From the NCBI GenBank assembly GCA_001820095.1, contig MHOO01000004.1, positions 1,749-65,748 on the forward strand: 64,000 nucleotides of DNA, written 5' to 3'. Under the pieces are notes generated by a model that was given only the letters and a program-made list of their open reading frames with translations, made no database searches and was not told the origin of the DNA. The stretch is from Candidatus Staskawiczbacteria bacterium RIFCSPHIGHO2_01_FULL_39_25. Its GTDB lineage: Bacteria > Patescibacteriota > Minisyncoccia > Minisyncoccales > Staskawiczbacteraceae. Both the position numbers and the translations under genes were made by a program. Positions 34,711-45,234 of this stretch are shown here, piece after piece. Position 1 is the first letter of the stretch. Every line of letters begins with the position of its first letter.

Positions 34711-37700
34711 TCATGACTCCTGCACCATAATCTCCTGCACATCATCGGCAATTATTTTAATTTCTCCATTCCTATCATCAACACGGCCGGCAACAAATAC
34801 AATTTTATTTTCCTGCAAGGCATTGGGGTTGCGTTCCAACAGGTTGGGGAATACCACGACTTCTGTTTTTGAGGTTAGGTCTTCTAATTTCATAAATATC
34901 ATGGGTTTTCCCGTTTTGGTAATAATTTTTTTGACGTTATTAATAAGCCCTCCCAGAATGACTTTTTTATTCACCCAGGCTTTATCAATTTTAATAATTG
35001 CGGTGGTTTTTGTTTCAAAAAGTTTTTTGAAGCTGTTTAACGGGTGGCTACTTACATATAACCCAAGCAGCTCTTTTTCCCAAGTTAGTTTTTCAAGGAG
35101 TTTGGCGGCAATGGCCGGCTCCATTTTTATTTCAGCGGTTTTGAAGGCCGCCGGAGCCGCGGCAAACAGCCCAATTTGATTATTATTTTTATTTTTCTGG
35201 TTTTCGCGGGCGATTTCCAAAAGCTTTTCCAAATTCTGCAGAAGCTGGTTTCGTTCGGCAAAAGCGTCAAACGCTCCGGCTTTTATCAATGCTTCCATTG
35301 ATTTTTTATTCAAATCTTTTGAGTGGATGCGGCCGATAAAGTCGCTAATGGATGCAAAAGGCCCTGCGGTTTTTCTTTCTTCCACTACGGCGTCAATAAT
35401 ATTGGTTCCCACGTTTTTAATTGCCAATAATCCAAACCTAATTTTTTGCTGGCCGGGCACCACCGTAAAGTTTTTCAAGCTTTCATTAATATTGGGCGGC
35501 AGTACCTCAATTTCCATTTTCTTGCACTCTTCTATTAATAAGGCAATCCTTTCTACGTCTGCTTTTTCAGACGTTAATACTGACGCCATAAACTCCACCG
35601 GGTAGTGGGCTTTTAAATAAGCAGTTTGGTAGGCAATGGTGCCGTAAGCCACCGAGTGTGATTTATTAAATCCATAAGCGGCAAAGGGCAAGATCCACTG
35701 CCACAGTTCTTCAGCAATTTTTTTGCTGATGCCATTTTTTACCGCGCCATTGATGAATTTTGTTTCTTGCTCTTCCAGTAGTTTTTTAATTTTCTTGCCA
35801 ACTGCTTTTCTTAATACATCGGCTTCTCCCAAGGTAAAACCGGCAAGTTCTTGGGCAACTTTCATCAACTGCTCTTGGTAAATCATAATGCCCTGGGTAT
35901 TTTGCAAAATGGGCTCAAGCTTTGGGTGGATATAGGTAATTTCTTGTTTGCCATGCTTTCGTTCAATATAATCAGGAATAAATTGCATGGGGCCTGGCCG
36001 GTAAAGCGCCACCATGGCAACAATGTCTTCAAACTCGGTGGATTTTAAATCTTTTAAATAGCGTTTCATACCATCACTTTCAAGTTGAAAGATTGATGTT
36101 GTCAGGGCATCCCGTAGAAGCTTGTATGTTTTTTTGTCATCAAACGGGATAGTGTCTATATCAATTTTTTCATTCCGTATCACAAAAATTCGTGCCAGGG
36201 TGTCTTCAATAATAGTTAAGTTTTTCAACCCCAAAAAGTCCATTTTCAAAAGCCCTAAGTCTTCAATGGCGTGCATTTCATACTGGGTTACAATAGTTTC
36301 TTCTTCCTGGGAAGGCTTTTGCAATGGTACGGAATCGGTGAGCGGTTTTGCAGAAATAACTACGCCGCATGCGTGGGTTGAAGCATGCCGGGCAACGCCT
36401 TCCAGTTTCCGCGCTAGGTCAATAAGTTTTTTGGCCTGGGGGTCGTTTTTATACAACTCTTTAAATTCACTTACCTTTTCAAAGGTTTCACTCAAGTCCA
36501 TGCCAAAGGGGATCATTTTTGCCATGGTGTCGCAATAGCTGTAAGCGTACTGAAGCGCCCGGCCTACATCCCGCACCACAGCTCGCGCAGCCATTGTTCC
36601 AAACGTGATGATCTGGGCAACGTGGTCGTGGCCGTATTTTTCTGCAACGTACTTGATGACTTCGTCTCTTCTGCGGTCGGTAAAATCCATATCAATATCG
36701 GGCATGGATATTCTTTCGGGGTTTAAAAATCTTTCAAAAAGCAGGTCGTGTTGTAAGGGATCCACATTAGTAATATTGGTTATGTAACATACTAAAGAGC
36801 CTCCGGCAGAGCCTCTGCCCGGTCCTACCACAATTCGGTTGTTCTTCGCCCAGTTTACAAAGTCTTGGACGATTAATATATATGAAGCAAACCCGGTTTT
36901 GTTAATAACAGATAATTCATAATCCATCCGCTTTTTCATTTCCGGAGTAATATTTTTTCCAAATCTTTTTTCCAGGCCGATTTCGCAAAGCTCTGTTAAA
37001 TAGGCTTCGGGCGTTTTACCGCCGGGAACCTCAAAATGGGGAAGCTGGACTTTTCCCAGTTCAAACTCAAAACTGCAGGACTCGGCAATTTTTTGGGTAT
37101 TTTCAATGGCTTCTGGCGTGTCTTTAAATATTTCAGCCATTTTTTCGGGAGCAATCATGGAAAAGTCATCGGTATTCAAGCTTAGGCGCTCTGGATCATT
37201 GGGGTCGGCTCCGGTATTTATCAGCATGAGAATGTCTTGGGCTTCGGCATCTTCGGGTTTTAAGTAGTGGATATCGTTGGTGGCTACCAAGGGAATGCCG
37301 GTTTTCTTTGAAAGGTCAATGAGTTTTTTATTTAACGTCTGCTGTTCAGGCAGATTTTTATGGTACTGCAATTCCAAATAAAAATTCCCCTTGCCAAACC
37401 AGCTTTCATACTTTTTTACCAAAGCTTCCGCTTCATCCAGTTTGTTTGATAAGAGCATTTTGGGGATTTTTCCATTCAAACAGGCGGAGGTTCCAATTAA
37501 ACCTTCAGCGTGTTTCTCCAGCAGTTCCTCGTCAATTCTTGGCTTGTAGTAGTATCCTTCCAAGTGCGCGGAAGTAACCAGTTTGACCAAATTTTGGTAG
37601 CCCTGCATGTTTCTTGCCAGCAGAATCATGTGGTACATTTTATTATCAATGTTGGGGCGCTTATCCAGCCTGCTTTCAAATGCAACATACACCTCGCATC

Positions 37701-37890
37701 CAATAATCGGCTTTATTCCTCTGGCTTTTGCTTCTTTATAGAATTCAACGGCGCCGTACATGACACCGTGATCAGTTAAAGCAACGGAATCCATGCCCAA
37801 TTCTTTCACGCAATCTAAAAGCTCCGGAATTTTTGGCAAACCATCCAATAAAGAATAATGGCTATGGGTATGTAAATGAGTAAACTTCAT
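34711..37890 (-). CDS. dnaE: DNA polymerase III alpha subunit
   Basis: PHP domain start FTHLHTHSHYSLLDG, catalytic GPGRGSAGGSLV and PDIDMDF, and a C-terminal OB fold. Confidence 0.97.
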   Translation of the reverse strand: MKFTHLHTHSHYSLLDGLPKIPELLDCVKELGMDSVALTDHGVMYGAVEFYKEAKARGIKPIIGCEVYVAFESRLDKRPNIDNKMYHMILLARNMQGYQNLVKLVTSAHLEGYYYKPRIDEELLEKHAEGLIGTSACLNGKIPKMLLSNKLDEAEALVKKYESWFGKGNFYLELQYHKNLPEQQTLNKKLIDLSKKTGIPLVATNDIHYLKPEDAEAQDILMLINTGADPNDPERLSLNTDDFSMIAPEKMAEIFKDTPEAIENTQKIAESCSFEFELGKVQLPHFEVPGGKTPEAYLTELCEIGLEKRFGKNITPEMKKRMDYELSVINKTGFASYILIVQDFVNWAKNNRIVVGPGRGSAGGSLVCYITNITNVDPLQHDLLFERFLNPERISMPDIDMDFTDRRRDEVIKYVAEKYGHDHVAQIITFGTMAARAVVRDVGRALQYAYSYCDTMAKMIPFGMDLSETFEKVSEFKELYKNDPQAKKLIDLARKLEGVARHASTHACGVVISAKPLTDSVPLQKPSQEEETIVTQYEMHAIEDLGLLKMDFLGLKNLTIIEDTLARIFVIRNEKIDIDTIPFDDKKTYKLLRDALTTSIFQLESDGMKRYLKDLKSTEFEDIVAMVALYRPGPMQFIPDYIERKHGKQEITYIHPKLEPILQNTQGIMIYQEQLMKVAQELAGFTLGEADVLRKAVGKKIKKLLEEQETKFINGAVKNGISKKIAEELWQWILPFAAYGFNKSHSVAYGTIAYQTAYLKAHYPVEFMASVLTSEKADVERIALLIEECKKMEIEVLPPNINESLKNFTVVPGQQKIRFGLLAIKNVGTNIIDAVVEERKTAGPFASISDFIGRIHSKDLNKKSMEALIKAGAFDAFAERNQLLQNLEKLLEIARENQKNKNNNQIGLFAAAPAAFKTAEIKMEPAIAAKLLEKLTWEKELLGLYVSSHPLNSFKKLFETKTTAIIKIDKAWVNKKVILGGLINNVKKIITKTGKPMIFMKLEDLTSKTEVVVFPNLLERNPNALQENKIVFVAGRVDDRNGEIKIIADDVQEIMVQES

Positions 37891-38017
37891 AAATTATCCT
37901 ATGAATTACGAATCTTAGCGAATTACGAATACGTTTTAAAATTTTGTACTTTCATTTTATAGGTTAATGAAAATCAAAACAAGTGTTGCTAAAATTTGTG
38001 AGTATGATATTGTTTAG

Positions 38018-38097
38018 TTACCTTGAATTACGAAATGCTTTCATGGGAAAAGACCCGAAACTCGTTTTTTCAAGGTGCATTTCGTAATTCAAAGTAA
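38018..38097. mobile_element. MITE-like element, short copy M3 (80 bp)
   Basis: TIRs TTACCTTGAATTACGAAATGC / GCATTTCGTAATTCAAAGTAA. Internal GAAAAGACCCGAAA is the reverse complement of TTTCGGGTCTTTTC in the long copies. Flanks are TTTAG|..|TTAG. Confidence 0.7.
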
Positions 38098-38120
38098 TTA
38101 GTTCTTTTAGGAGGCAAGCT

Positions 38121-38360
38121 ATGTTCTTGTATGTTGCACTTGCTATCGTTGGAGTGATGATACTTTTTTCTGTTGTTTTGCCACTTCTATTTTTCGTTTT
38201 ACAAGAAGAATTTACAAAAAGAGAAAATGAAAGGGCTCGCGAATCTCAAAAGCGACACGAAGAGTGGAGAGAGGAAATGGATATAGCCGAGAAGGAGAGG
38301 GGTAAAAGAGTTTACCGCGAATACCAAGAATGGAAAGAAGCAAGAAATGGACAAAAATAA
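38121..38360 (+). CDS. small membrane protein with a charged E/R/K tail
   Basis: SD-like AGGAGG upstream, one TM helix, and a terminator at 38366..38402. Confidence 0.5.
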   Translation: MFLYVALAIVGVMILFSVVLPLLFFVLQEEFTKRENERARESQKRHEEWREEMDIAEKERGKRVYREYQEWKEARNGQK

Positions 38361-38430
38361 TCTTCATCATCAAAGTCTCGCTATCAATGCGAGCTTTTTT
38401 ATTGCAAAAATTTTATGTTAGAATAATGGA

Positions 38431-39132
38431 ATGAATTACCCGAATTTTAGTGAAGAAAAAAAATTATGGCGCAAGGGATATGAGTTTGTTATTGGGCTTG
38501 ATGAAGCGGGGCGTGGGCCTTTAGCTGGTCCCGTGGTTGCCGCAGGAGTTATTGTTTCACAATTTCAAATTTCTAATTTCAAATTTCAAATTAATGACTC
38601 GAAAAAATTAAATGCCAGAAAACGTGAGGAAACATACGATCTTCTTACTAATCACCCTAACATTCAATATGGGGTTGGTGTGGTTTCTGAAAAAATCATT
38701 GACCAGATAAATATTCTAGAAGCCACGAAATTAGCCATGCAAAAGGCTATTAGCAACTTGTCTTACAAATCTCACGGTCGTGAGATTTGTAAGACTGTAG
38801 ATTTTTTGCTGATTGACGGGAATTTTAGCATCCAAATAGCGCAAAGTTTGCCTTCGGCAAACATTATCCGAATGCGCCCATCCGAATTTGAAAATATTCC
38901 TTATAAATCCATCGTTAAGGGCGACCAAAAAGTATTTTCCATTTCAGCAGCCAGCATTATTGCCAAGGTAACAAGGGATAGGATTATGAAACAAATGCAT
39001 GAGACATACCCGAAGTATGGTTTTAACCAGCATAAGGGATATGCTACCCGCATGCACGTAGAAAATTTAAAAAATTTTGGGCCCTGCAAAATCCACCGAA
39101 AAACCTTTTTCCTTGTGAGTGTATATAAATGA
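38431..39132 (+). CDS. rnhB: ribonuclease HII
   Basis: GLDEAGRGPLAGPVVAA, DSKKL, LLIDG and SAASIIAKVTRD. It contains a low-complexity coding stretch, QFQISNFKFQIN. Confidence 0.92.
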   Translation: MNYPNFSEEKKLWRKGYEFVIGLDEAGRGPLAGPVVAAGVIVSQFQISNFKFQINDSKKLNARKREETYDLLTNHPNIQYGVGVVSEKIIDQINILEATKLAMQKAISNLSYKSHGREICKTVDFLLIDGNFSIQIAQSLPSANIIRMRPSEFENIPYKSIVKGDQKVFSISAASIIAKVTRDRIMKQMHETYPKYGFNQHKGYATRMHVENLKNFGPCKIHRKTFFLVSVYK

Positions 39133-39201
39133 TAATTTCATCAAAAGTTATTCACATAATATATTGTTTTTTTTGAAAGTTAAAAATGTTAAAATAAAGG
39201 A

Positions 39202-42200
39202 ATGCTAAACTCTCCGTTTAAAAAATTCCTTTTCGTAAGCATTATAAGCGTACTGGCATTTTTTAATGCTGATTTAGCGTATGCGGCTTGTACAGCGGTG
39301 CCGACCATCACCAGTATTTCTCCATCGTCTAAAAATGCCGGAGATGCAACCTTTACCTTAACGGTCAACGGCACTAATTTTCTCAATAGCTCAAAAGTAA
39401 GGTTCAACGGCTCTGACAAGACCACTACCTATGTGTCTGCCACCCAACTGACTGCCGCTATTCCTTCATCAGATGTTTCCAGCGGGGGATCATATTCTGT
39501 TTCGGTGTTTAATCAGCCATCTTGTCGGGTTGTTACCGACAAGGAACCGTGGTCAATTATCATCTCACAAGACAGCAATTATCTTTATGTAGTTAATAAT
39601 GGCGATAATACCCTGCAAAAATTTAATACGTCTGATCTAAACCAAACAGTACCCCATGTTACTACAGATAACTATCCTCAATCGGTAGCTGTTTCGCATG
39701 ACGGTAAATATATCTATATAGTTAATGAAACCAATGAAACTCTTCAGAAATTTGATGCTGCCAATTTAAATTTATTGGCAAGCGCCACAACAGGTAAAAG
39801 TCCTCGATCTGTCGCTATTGCTCCTGATGGCAATTATGTATATGTTGCCAATTATACCAATAAAAAGGTCCAACAATTTTATACCCCGAATCTTAGCCTT
39901 TCAGAAAGTATTAATGCCGACGGCAATCCTACCGCGATAACTATTTCTCCCGACGGCAATTATTTATATATTGCTAGTTCTAATAAAAATAATATCCAAA
40001 AATTCAGTATTCCTAATTTGAATTTATTGCAGACTACGGCGCTTCTTGATGACTATGTACGGTCTCTTGTAGTTGCCCCCGACGGAAATTATGTATATGC
40101 GGTTGATTATTTCAACTTGAAAAAATTCAATGCCACAAACCTTAGTTTAGTAAAGAGTTCTAGCGGGGGAAGCCAATCGGATCCCGGCTATTCCATATCA
40201 GTATCTCCCGACGGCAATTATCTATATACTATTAACCCTATTACACCATCTATCAACAAATTTAGCGTTTCTGATTTAGGCTTAATTCTTAGTAATAATT
40301 TAGCCAGTCCTTATATATCGCCTCATTCAATTGCTATTTCTGCTGACGGAAATTTTATTTACGTTCTTTTTCTTAGCAAGGGAGTTACTAATAATCATCT
40401 TTTAATAAAAATTGATACTTCTACGTTAGCTTTTGAATCTGATGGAGGGAGTTCTAATGCCCAAACATTCACGGTTAATAATCCTCTCCCAACTACCACC
40501 TCAATCTCTCCAACCTCAAAAACTGCCGGAGAGCCGGATTTTACTCTCACCTTAAACGGCACTAATTTTATTTCAACATCAGTTATTTACCTTGGCAGCC
40601 TTGGATTAACGACTACGTATGTATCTGCCACCCAGCTAACTGCATCACTGCCAGTGCCTCAAGAAGGAACATATTCCATTACGGTGGTTAATCCAACCCC
40701 CGGCGGAGGCACCTCAAATGGACAAACGTTTACGGTAAATGCAGCTGACAATCCTGCGCCAACCACTACGAGCATTTCACCTGTGTCAAAGAACGTCGGA
40801 GACACGGCATTTACCCTCACCGTCAATGGCACTAATTTTATAGATGCCTCTGTAATAAAATTCAACGATTCAAACAGAACTACCACCTATATTAATTCTA
40901 CCAAAATAAGAACTACCATACCTGTCTCCGACCTTGCCACCGCAGGAACCTTTACTATCACGGTATTCAACCCAACCCCCGGCGGGGGAACCTCCAATGG
41001 GCAGACGCTTACGGTTAATAACCCGGTTCCTACTACCACAAGCATTTCACCATCATCAAAAATTATAGGGGATCCAGGATTTACTTTAACCGTAAATGGC
41101 ACTAAATTTGTTTCAACGTCCACTATTTATTTTGATAGCCTAGGGCTGGCTACTACGTATGTCTCTGCGACGCAATTAACTGCTGATATATCAACCCTGC
41201 CAGCTTTGGGAACCTATTCTATTACCGTGGTAAATCCCGCGCCGGGAGGAGGCACTTCAAATGCCCAAACATTCACGGTCAACAACCCTTTGCCGACTAC
41301 CACCTCAATCTCGCCTACATCAAAAAATGCAGGCGACACAAGCTTTACCCTCACCGTCAATGGCACTAATTTTATTTCAACATCTAAAGTAAGGTTTAGC
41401 GGCTCTGATAGAACTACTACCTATGTGTCTGCCACCCAGCTTACCGCTACCATTCCTGCTTCAGACCTTGCGACCGGTGGCACATTCAATATCACCGTTT
41501 TTAACCCCACTCCCGGCGGGGGAACCTCCAATGGGCAGACGTTTACGGTTAATAACCCAGTTCCAACTACTACAAGTATTTCACCGAATTCGGCAACGCA
41601 AAACGACCCCAGTTTTACCCTCACCGTCAATGGCACTAATTTTGTTGCTGCATCTAAGGTAAGGTTCAACGGTTCTGACCGAACTACTACCTATATCTCT
41701 GCAACCCAGCTTACCGCTACCATTCCTGCTTCAGATCTTACGAGCGCAGGAACTTTCACCATCACGGTATTCAACTTAACCCCCGGGGGAGGGACTTCCA
41801 ATGGACAGACATTCACGGTTGTTGAAGCAAACCCAACGGCGCCAACTACTACCAGTATTTCTCCGACATCAAAAACAACCGGAAGCCCGGCTTTCACGCT
41901 TACCGTCAATGGTACTGGTTTTATCCCTTCATCCAAAGTTCAGTTTAATCTTTCAGATAGAACAACAACGTTTGTTTCCCCGGTTCAATTGACAGCCGCT
42001 ATACCTGCATCAGATTTGACGACGGGAGGAATATATAGGATTACCGTGGATAATGGAATCGGAGGATTATCAAACGCCCAGTCATTCTTTGTTAATAATC
42101 CGGTGCCGGTAACTATAAATATTTTGCCAAGTTCGGCGTTTGTAAACGGTCCAAGTTTTGTCTTAACGGTCAACGGTTCTAATTTTGTATCTTCTTCCAA

Positions 42201-43359
42201 GGTCAGGTTTAACGAATCAGATAGGACTACCACATTTGTCTCTGCCAGCCAGCTTACTGCTTCTATTCCGTCATCCGACCTTGAAACTGCAGGAACGTAT
42301 CCTATTACGGTATTTAATCCAACTCCTGCCGGAGGAATATCTAATTCCCAAAACTTCACGGTTGTTCCGGGGGCAAATCCGCTGCCCACTACCATCAGCA
42401 TTTCTCCAAATTCGGCAACCGTAGGCGATCCTGGTTTTACCCTTACGGTCAATGGCACTAATTTTATATCTACGTCTACCATTTACTTTGAAAGTCTAGG
42501 GCTGGCAACCACCTATATTTCTTCAACCCAGTTAACCACATTCATATCATCAACCCCCGGCGCGGGAACTTATTCTGTAACCGTGGTAAACCCCGCGCCC
42601 GGCGGAGGCACCTCTAATGCCCAAACATTTACCGTCAACGATGCTGATACCGAAGGCCCGACGATAAGCGATTTAGCGGTGTCCAGCGATTATTGCCCCA
42701 TTGTGCCCGCTACGGGAATTGCTTACATATCTTGGACGTATAATAATAGCAATGGCAGATACGAAAATCAATTCCAAATGCAAATAGATGATGATCCTGA
42801 TTTCAGTTCTCCTGAAGTCAATAGAACATTTTCTAATCTTTCCAATCCTCCGGGGAGCGTAAACCAGCAATCGGTTTTTATTGTTACGGGGTTTGAACCA
42901 GATTCCTTAGTTTATGGTTACACCTATTACGGGCGCGCAAAGGTATGGGAAACTGATCCTGATACCGGAGGCCCCGGCGCCGATTCTGGTTGGGTATATA
43001 ATACCGGATCTGCTCCGGGCTCGCCCTATGCTACGCCGCCGCATCCTGGCCCATATGCTTCATTTACTTTCTCTCCAAGCAATCCGGCTCCGGGCAATGC
43101 CGTATCATTTGATAATAATTCCACGTGCTATGATTTTAGCGATCCTGTTGATTGCCAATCATATCTTTGGGATTTTGGTGATGGCGGTTCAAGTACTCAA
43201 GAAAATCCTACTCACGTCTATAATACCAATGGATCGTTTAATGTGGATTTAACCGCTTCTGATGAATTGGGGAGCTGCCAAACCAATAAAACGGTTCCGG
43301 TAAGCGCTTCAAGCAATAAGAAATTGCCTCAATTCAAAGAAGTGTCTCCATTGGAATAG
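39202..43359 (+). CDS. giant secreted/surface protein: signal peptide, 9 IPT/TIG-like repeats, YVTN-type beta-propeller, C-terminal PKD-like domain
   Basis: FTLTVNGTNF...TTTYVSATQLTA...NPTPGGGTSN.QTFTV occurs nine times. (S/A)PDGNY(V/L)Y(V/I) blades span 39540..40440. WDFGDGGSS..HVY..G.F.V lies near the C-terminus. Confidence 0.85.
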   Translation: MLNSPFKKFLFVSIISVLAFFNADLAYAACTAVPTITSISPSSKNAGDATFTLTVNGTNFLNSSKVRFNGSDKTTTYVSATQLTAAIPSSDVSSGGSYSVSVFNQPSCRVVTDKEPWSIIISQDSNYLYVVNNGDNTLQKFNTSDLNQTVPHVTTDNYPQSVAVSHDGKYIYIVNETNETLQKFDAANLNLLASATTGKSPRSVAIAPDGNYVYVANYTNKKVQQFYTPNLSLSESINADGNPTAITISPDGNYLYIASSNKNNIQKFSIPNLNLLQTTALLDDYVRSLVVAPDGNYVYAVDYFNLKKFNATNLSLVKSSSGGSQSDPGYSISVSPDGNYLYTINPITPSINKFSVSDLGLILSNNLASPYISPHSIAISADGNFIYVLFLSKGVTNNHLLIKIDTSTLAFESDGGSSNAQTFTVNNPLPTTTSISPTSKTAGEPDFTLTLNGTNFISTSVIYLGSLGLTTTYVSATQLTASLPVPQEGTYSITVVNPTPGGGTSNGQTFTVNAADNPAPTTTSISPVSKNVGDTAFTLTVNGTNFIDASVIKFNDSNRTTTYINSTKIRTTIPVSDLATAGTFTITVFNPTPGGGTSNGQTLTVNNPVPTTTSISPSSKIIGDPGFTLTVNGTKFVSTSTIYFDSLGLATTYVSATQLTADISTLPALGTYSITVVNPAPGGGTSNAQTFTVNNPLPTTTSISPTSKNAGDTSFTLTVNGTNFISTSKVRFSGSDRTTTYVSATQLTATIPASDLATGGTFNITVFNPTPGGGTSNGQTFTVNNPVPTTTSISPNSATQNDPSFTLTVNGTNFVAASKVRFNGSDRTTTYISATQLTATIPASDLTSAGTFTITVFNLTPGGGTSNGQTFTVVEANPTAPTTTSISPTSKTTGSPAFTLTVNGTGFIPSSKVQFNLSDRTTTFVSPVQLTAAIPASDLTTGGIYRITVDNGIGGLSNAQSFFVNNPVPVTINILPSSAFVNGPSFVLTVNGSNFVSSSKVRFNESDRTTTFVSASQLTASIPSSDLETAGTYPITVFNPTPAGGISNSQNFTVVPGANPLPTTISISPNSATVGDPGFTLTVNGTNFISTSTIYFESLGLATTYISSTQLTTFISSTPGAGTYSVTVVNPAPGGGTSNAQTFTVNDADTEGPTISDLAVSSDYCPIVPATGIAYISWTYNNSNGRYENQFQMQIDDDPDFSSPEVNRTFSNLSNPPGSVNQQSVFIVTGFEPDSLVYGYTYYGRAKVWETDPDTGGPGADSGWVYNTGSAPGSPYATPPHPGPYASFTFSPSNPAPGNAVSFDNNSTCYDFSDPVDCQSYLWDFGDGGSSTQENPTHVYNTNGSFNVDLTASDELGSCQTNKTVPVSASSNKKLPQFKEVSPLE

Positions 43360-43472
43360 TTAAATAAAAAATCACCGATAAATCTCTGGAAGCGGTGATT
43401 TTTTGTGCTTTGCTTGTCAAATATGTATTTATCTGTTAAGCTTAAAAAGTATATTTGATACACTATGCGCAA

Positions 43473-43543
43473 CAATTGACCGTTGACTATTGACAATGGA
43501 TTTTTAAGTCAAATGTCAAATGTCGCATGTCAAATGTCAGATA
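43473..43543. repeat. word-type spacer: CAATTGAC words then the GTCAAAT heptamer tandem
   Basis: GTCAAAT GTCAAAT GTCGCAT GTCAAAT GTCAGAT at 43506..43540. Confidence 0.7.
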
Positions 43544-43828
43544 ATGGCAGTTCCAAGACATAAACACACAAGGTCAAGCGTAGGACAGCGCAGGATGCAT
43601 ATTTTTATCAAGCCGGCTTCTTTAACCGTCTGCAAAAAATGCAATAGGGCAGTCAGGCCTCACACGGTATGCCGCAACTGCGGATATTATAAAGGCCAGG
43701 AATTTATCAATGTGCTAGGCAAGCTTACAAAAAAGGAGAAAAAGCTAAGGGAAAAAGAGATGCAAAAGGCGGAAAAAGAGCAGAAAAAAACTGCGCCAGC
43801 AACCATGGAAGAACTCTCTAAAAAATAA
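43544..43828 (+). CDS. rpmF: 50S ribosomal protein L32 with a K/E-rich C-terminal extension
   Basis: MAVPRHKHTRSSVGQRR and C..C....PH..C..CG. ATG at 43544 preferred. Confidence 0.9.
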   Translation: MAVPRHKHTRSSVGQRRMHIFIKPASLTVCKKCNRAVRPHTVCRNCGYYKGQEFINVLGKLTKKEKKLREKEMQKAEKEQKKTAPATMEELSKK

Positions 43829-43909
43829 CAATTGACAATTAACCATTGACAATTGACAACGATATCGTTTTTTGTCAAATGTCAAATGTCAATGGTCAAA
43901 TGTTGAAGC
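43829..43909. repeat. word-type spacer forming an imperfect long hairpin with a terminator centre
   Basis: ATTGACA-type words, then AACGATATCGTT plus a T-run, then GTCAAAT heptamers. The same design recurs at 50337..50418. Confidence 0.7.
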
Positions 43910-44335
43910 ATGGCTTCACGGCACTTATCACGTTCAATCGTCATGCAATCGCTTTATGAGTGGGACTTTTACGGCAAGAAAGAAAACTCTTTACAGGCAA
44001 TTACTGAAAGGAATATTAGGGATTTCGGCCCTGGACTAGAGGATGTAAAATTTGTCTATGAACTAATTGAGGGCATTGTAAAGCATTTAAAAGAGATTGA
44101 TAATATCATTGAAAAGGCGGCTCCCGAATGGCCAATTTCCCAGATTCCCTTGATTGATAGAAATGTGTTGCGGATAGGCCTGTACGAACTTTTATATAGC
44201 AACAAAGAAGAAGTTCCGCCCAAGGTTGCCATCAATGAAGCAATTGAGTTGGCAAAAAATTTTTCAGGGCAAACTTCTGGAAAATTTGTGAATGGAGTGC
44301 TGGGAACCGTGTTTAAACAACTAGAAAACAAATAG
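43910..44335 (+). CDS. nusB: transcription antitermination factor NusB
   Basis: [29 protein letters not shown] and NEAIELAK. Confidence 0.9.
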   Translation: MASRHLSRSIVMQSLYEWDFYGKKENSLQAITERNIRDFGPGLEDVKFVYELIEGIVKHLKEIDNIIEKAAPEWPISQIPLIDRNVLRIGLYELLYSNKEEVPPKVAINEAIELAKNFSGQTSGKFVNGVLGTVFKQLENK

Positions 44336-44415
44336 CGACACTAATTACTAATCGCATACTAATGTACGAATATTCGTAAATTCGTGTGCCATTCGTAGAT
44401 TGGAGTCGCATTATA

Positions 44416-45108
44416 ATGAAGGATTTTGATCTATTTGAAAAAAAATTAGGCTTGCAATTTAAGAATAAAGATCTTTTAATCCAGGCATTTGTCCATCGGT
44501 CTTACTTAAATGAAAACCCGGAATTTGGCTTAGAGCAAAACGAGCGGTTGGAGTTTTTAGGAGATGCCGTATTAGAATTAATAATTACCGAGTATCTTTA
44601 CAAAGAACATCCCCAAAAAGCAGAAGGTGAATTAACTAATTGGAGGGCGGCATTAGTAAATGCCAAAATGTTGACTTCGGTTGCGGAAGAATTAGGCTTT
44701 AACGACTTTTTGCTATTGTCCCGCGGAGAAACAAAAGAACTAGGGAAGGCGCGCCAATATATTCTGGCAAATACTTTTGAAGCGTTCGTAGGTTCGCTGT
44801 ATCTTGATTCAGGATACCAGGCGGCAGATCAGTTTATTAAAAAATACGTACTGGTAAAACTTTCCGATATCATCCAGAATAAGCTGTATAAAGATGCTAA
44901 ATCCCATTTTCAAGAACAAGCCCAAGATAAAATGGGAATTACTCCGGCATATAACGTGATGAAAGAGTGGGGGCCGGACCATAAAAAAAAATTTACGGTA
45001 GGAGTGTTTTTGGATGAAGACCTTATTGCAGAAGGAGAAGGATATTCAAAGCAGGAAGCAGAGGAGGAGGCAGCAAAAAAAGCTCTTAGTGTAAAAGGAT
45101 GGAATTAA
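44416..45108 (+). CDS. rnc: ribonuclease III
   Basis: AFVHRSY..NERLEFLGDAVLELIITEYLY signature and a C-terminal dsRBD. ATG at 44416 preferred to GTG at 44386. Confidence 0.93.
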   Translation: MKDFDLFEKKLGLQFKNKDLLIQAFVHRSYLNENPEFGLEQNERLEFLGDAVLELIITEYLYKEHPQKAEGELTNWRAALVNAKMLTSVAEELGFNDFLLLSRGETKELGKARQYILANTFEAFVGSLYLDSGYQAADQFIKKYVLVKLSDIIQNKLYKDAKSHFQEQAQDKMGITPAYNVMKEWGPDHKKKFTVGVFLDEDLIAEGEGYSKQEAEEEAAKKALSVKGWN

Positions 45109-45234
45109 CCTAATTATACTAATTAACCTAATCAAATCCCAATGCTAAAATACCTAAATTTCAAAACGTTGCTTGAGGTTTGGACATTAGGTATTATTTA
45201 GAGTAATTAGAATAATTAGAATAATTTTTAAAAA

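Noticed and set aside
40659-42482. Antisense ORFs 40659..40886, 40887..41123, 41421..41669, 41691..41936, 41985..42482 and sense off-frame ORFs inside the giant gene.
   Set aside because: They repeat with the TIG-repeat periodicity and are the reverse translation of a stop-poor repetitive coding sequence. The 1385-aa plus-strand frame has clear domain motifs.
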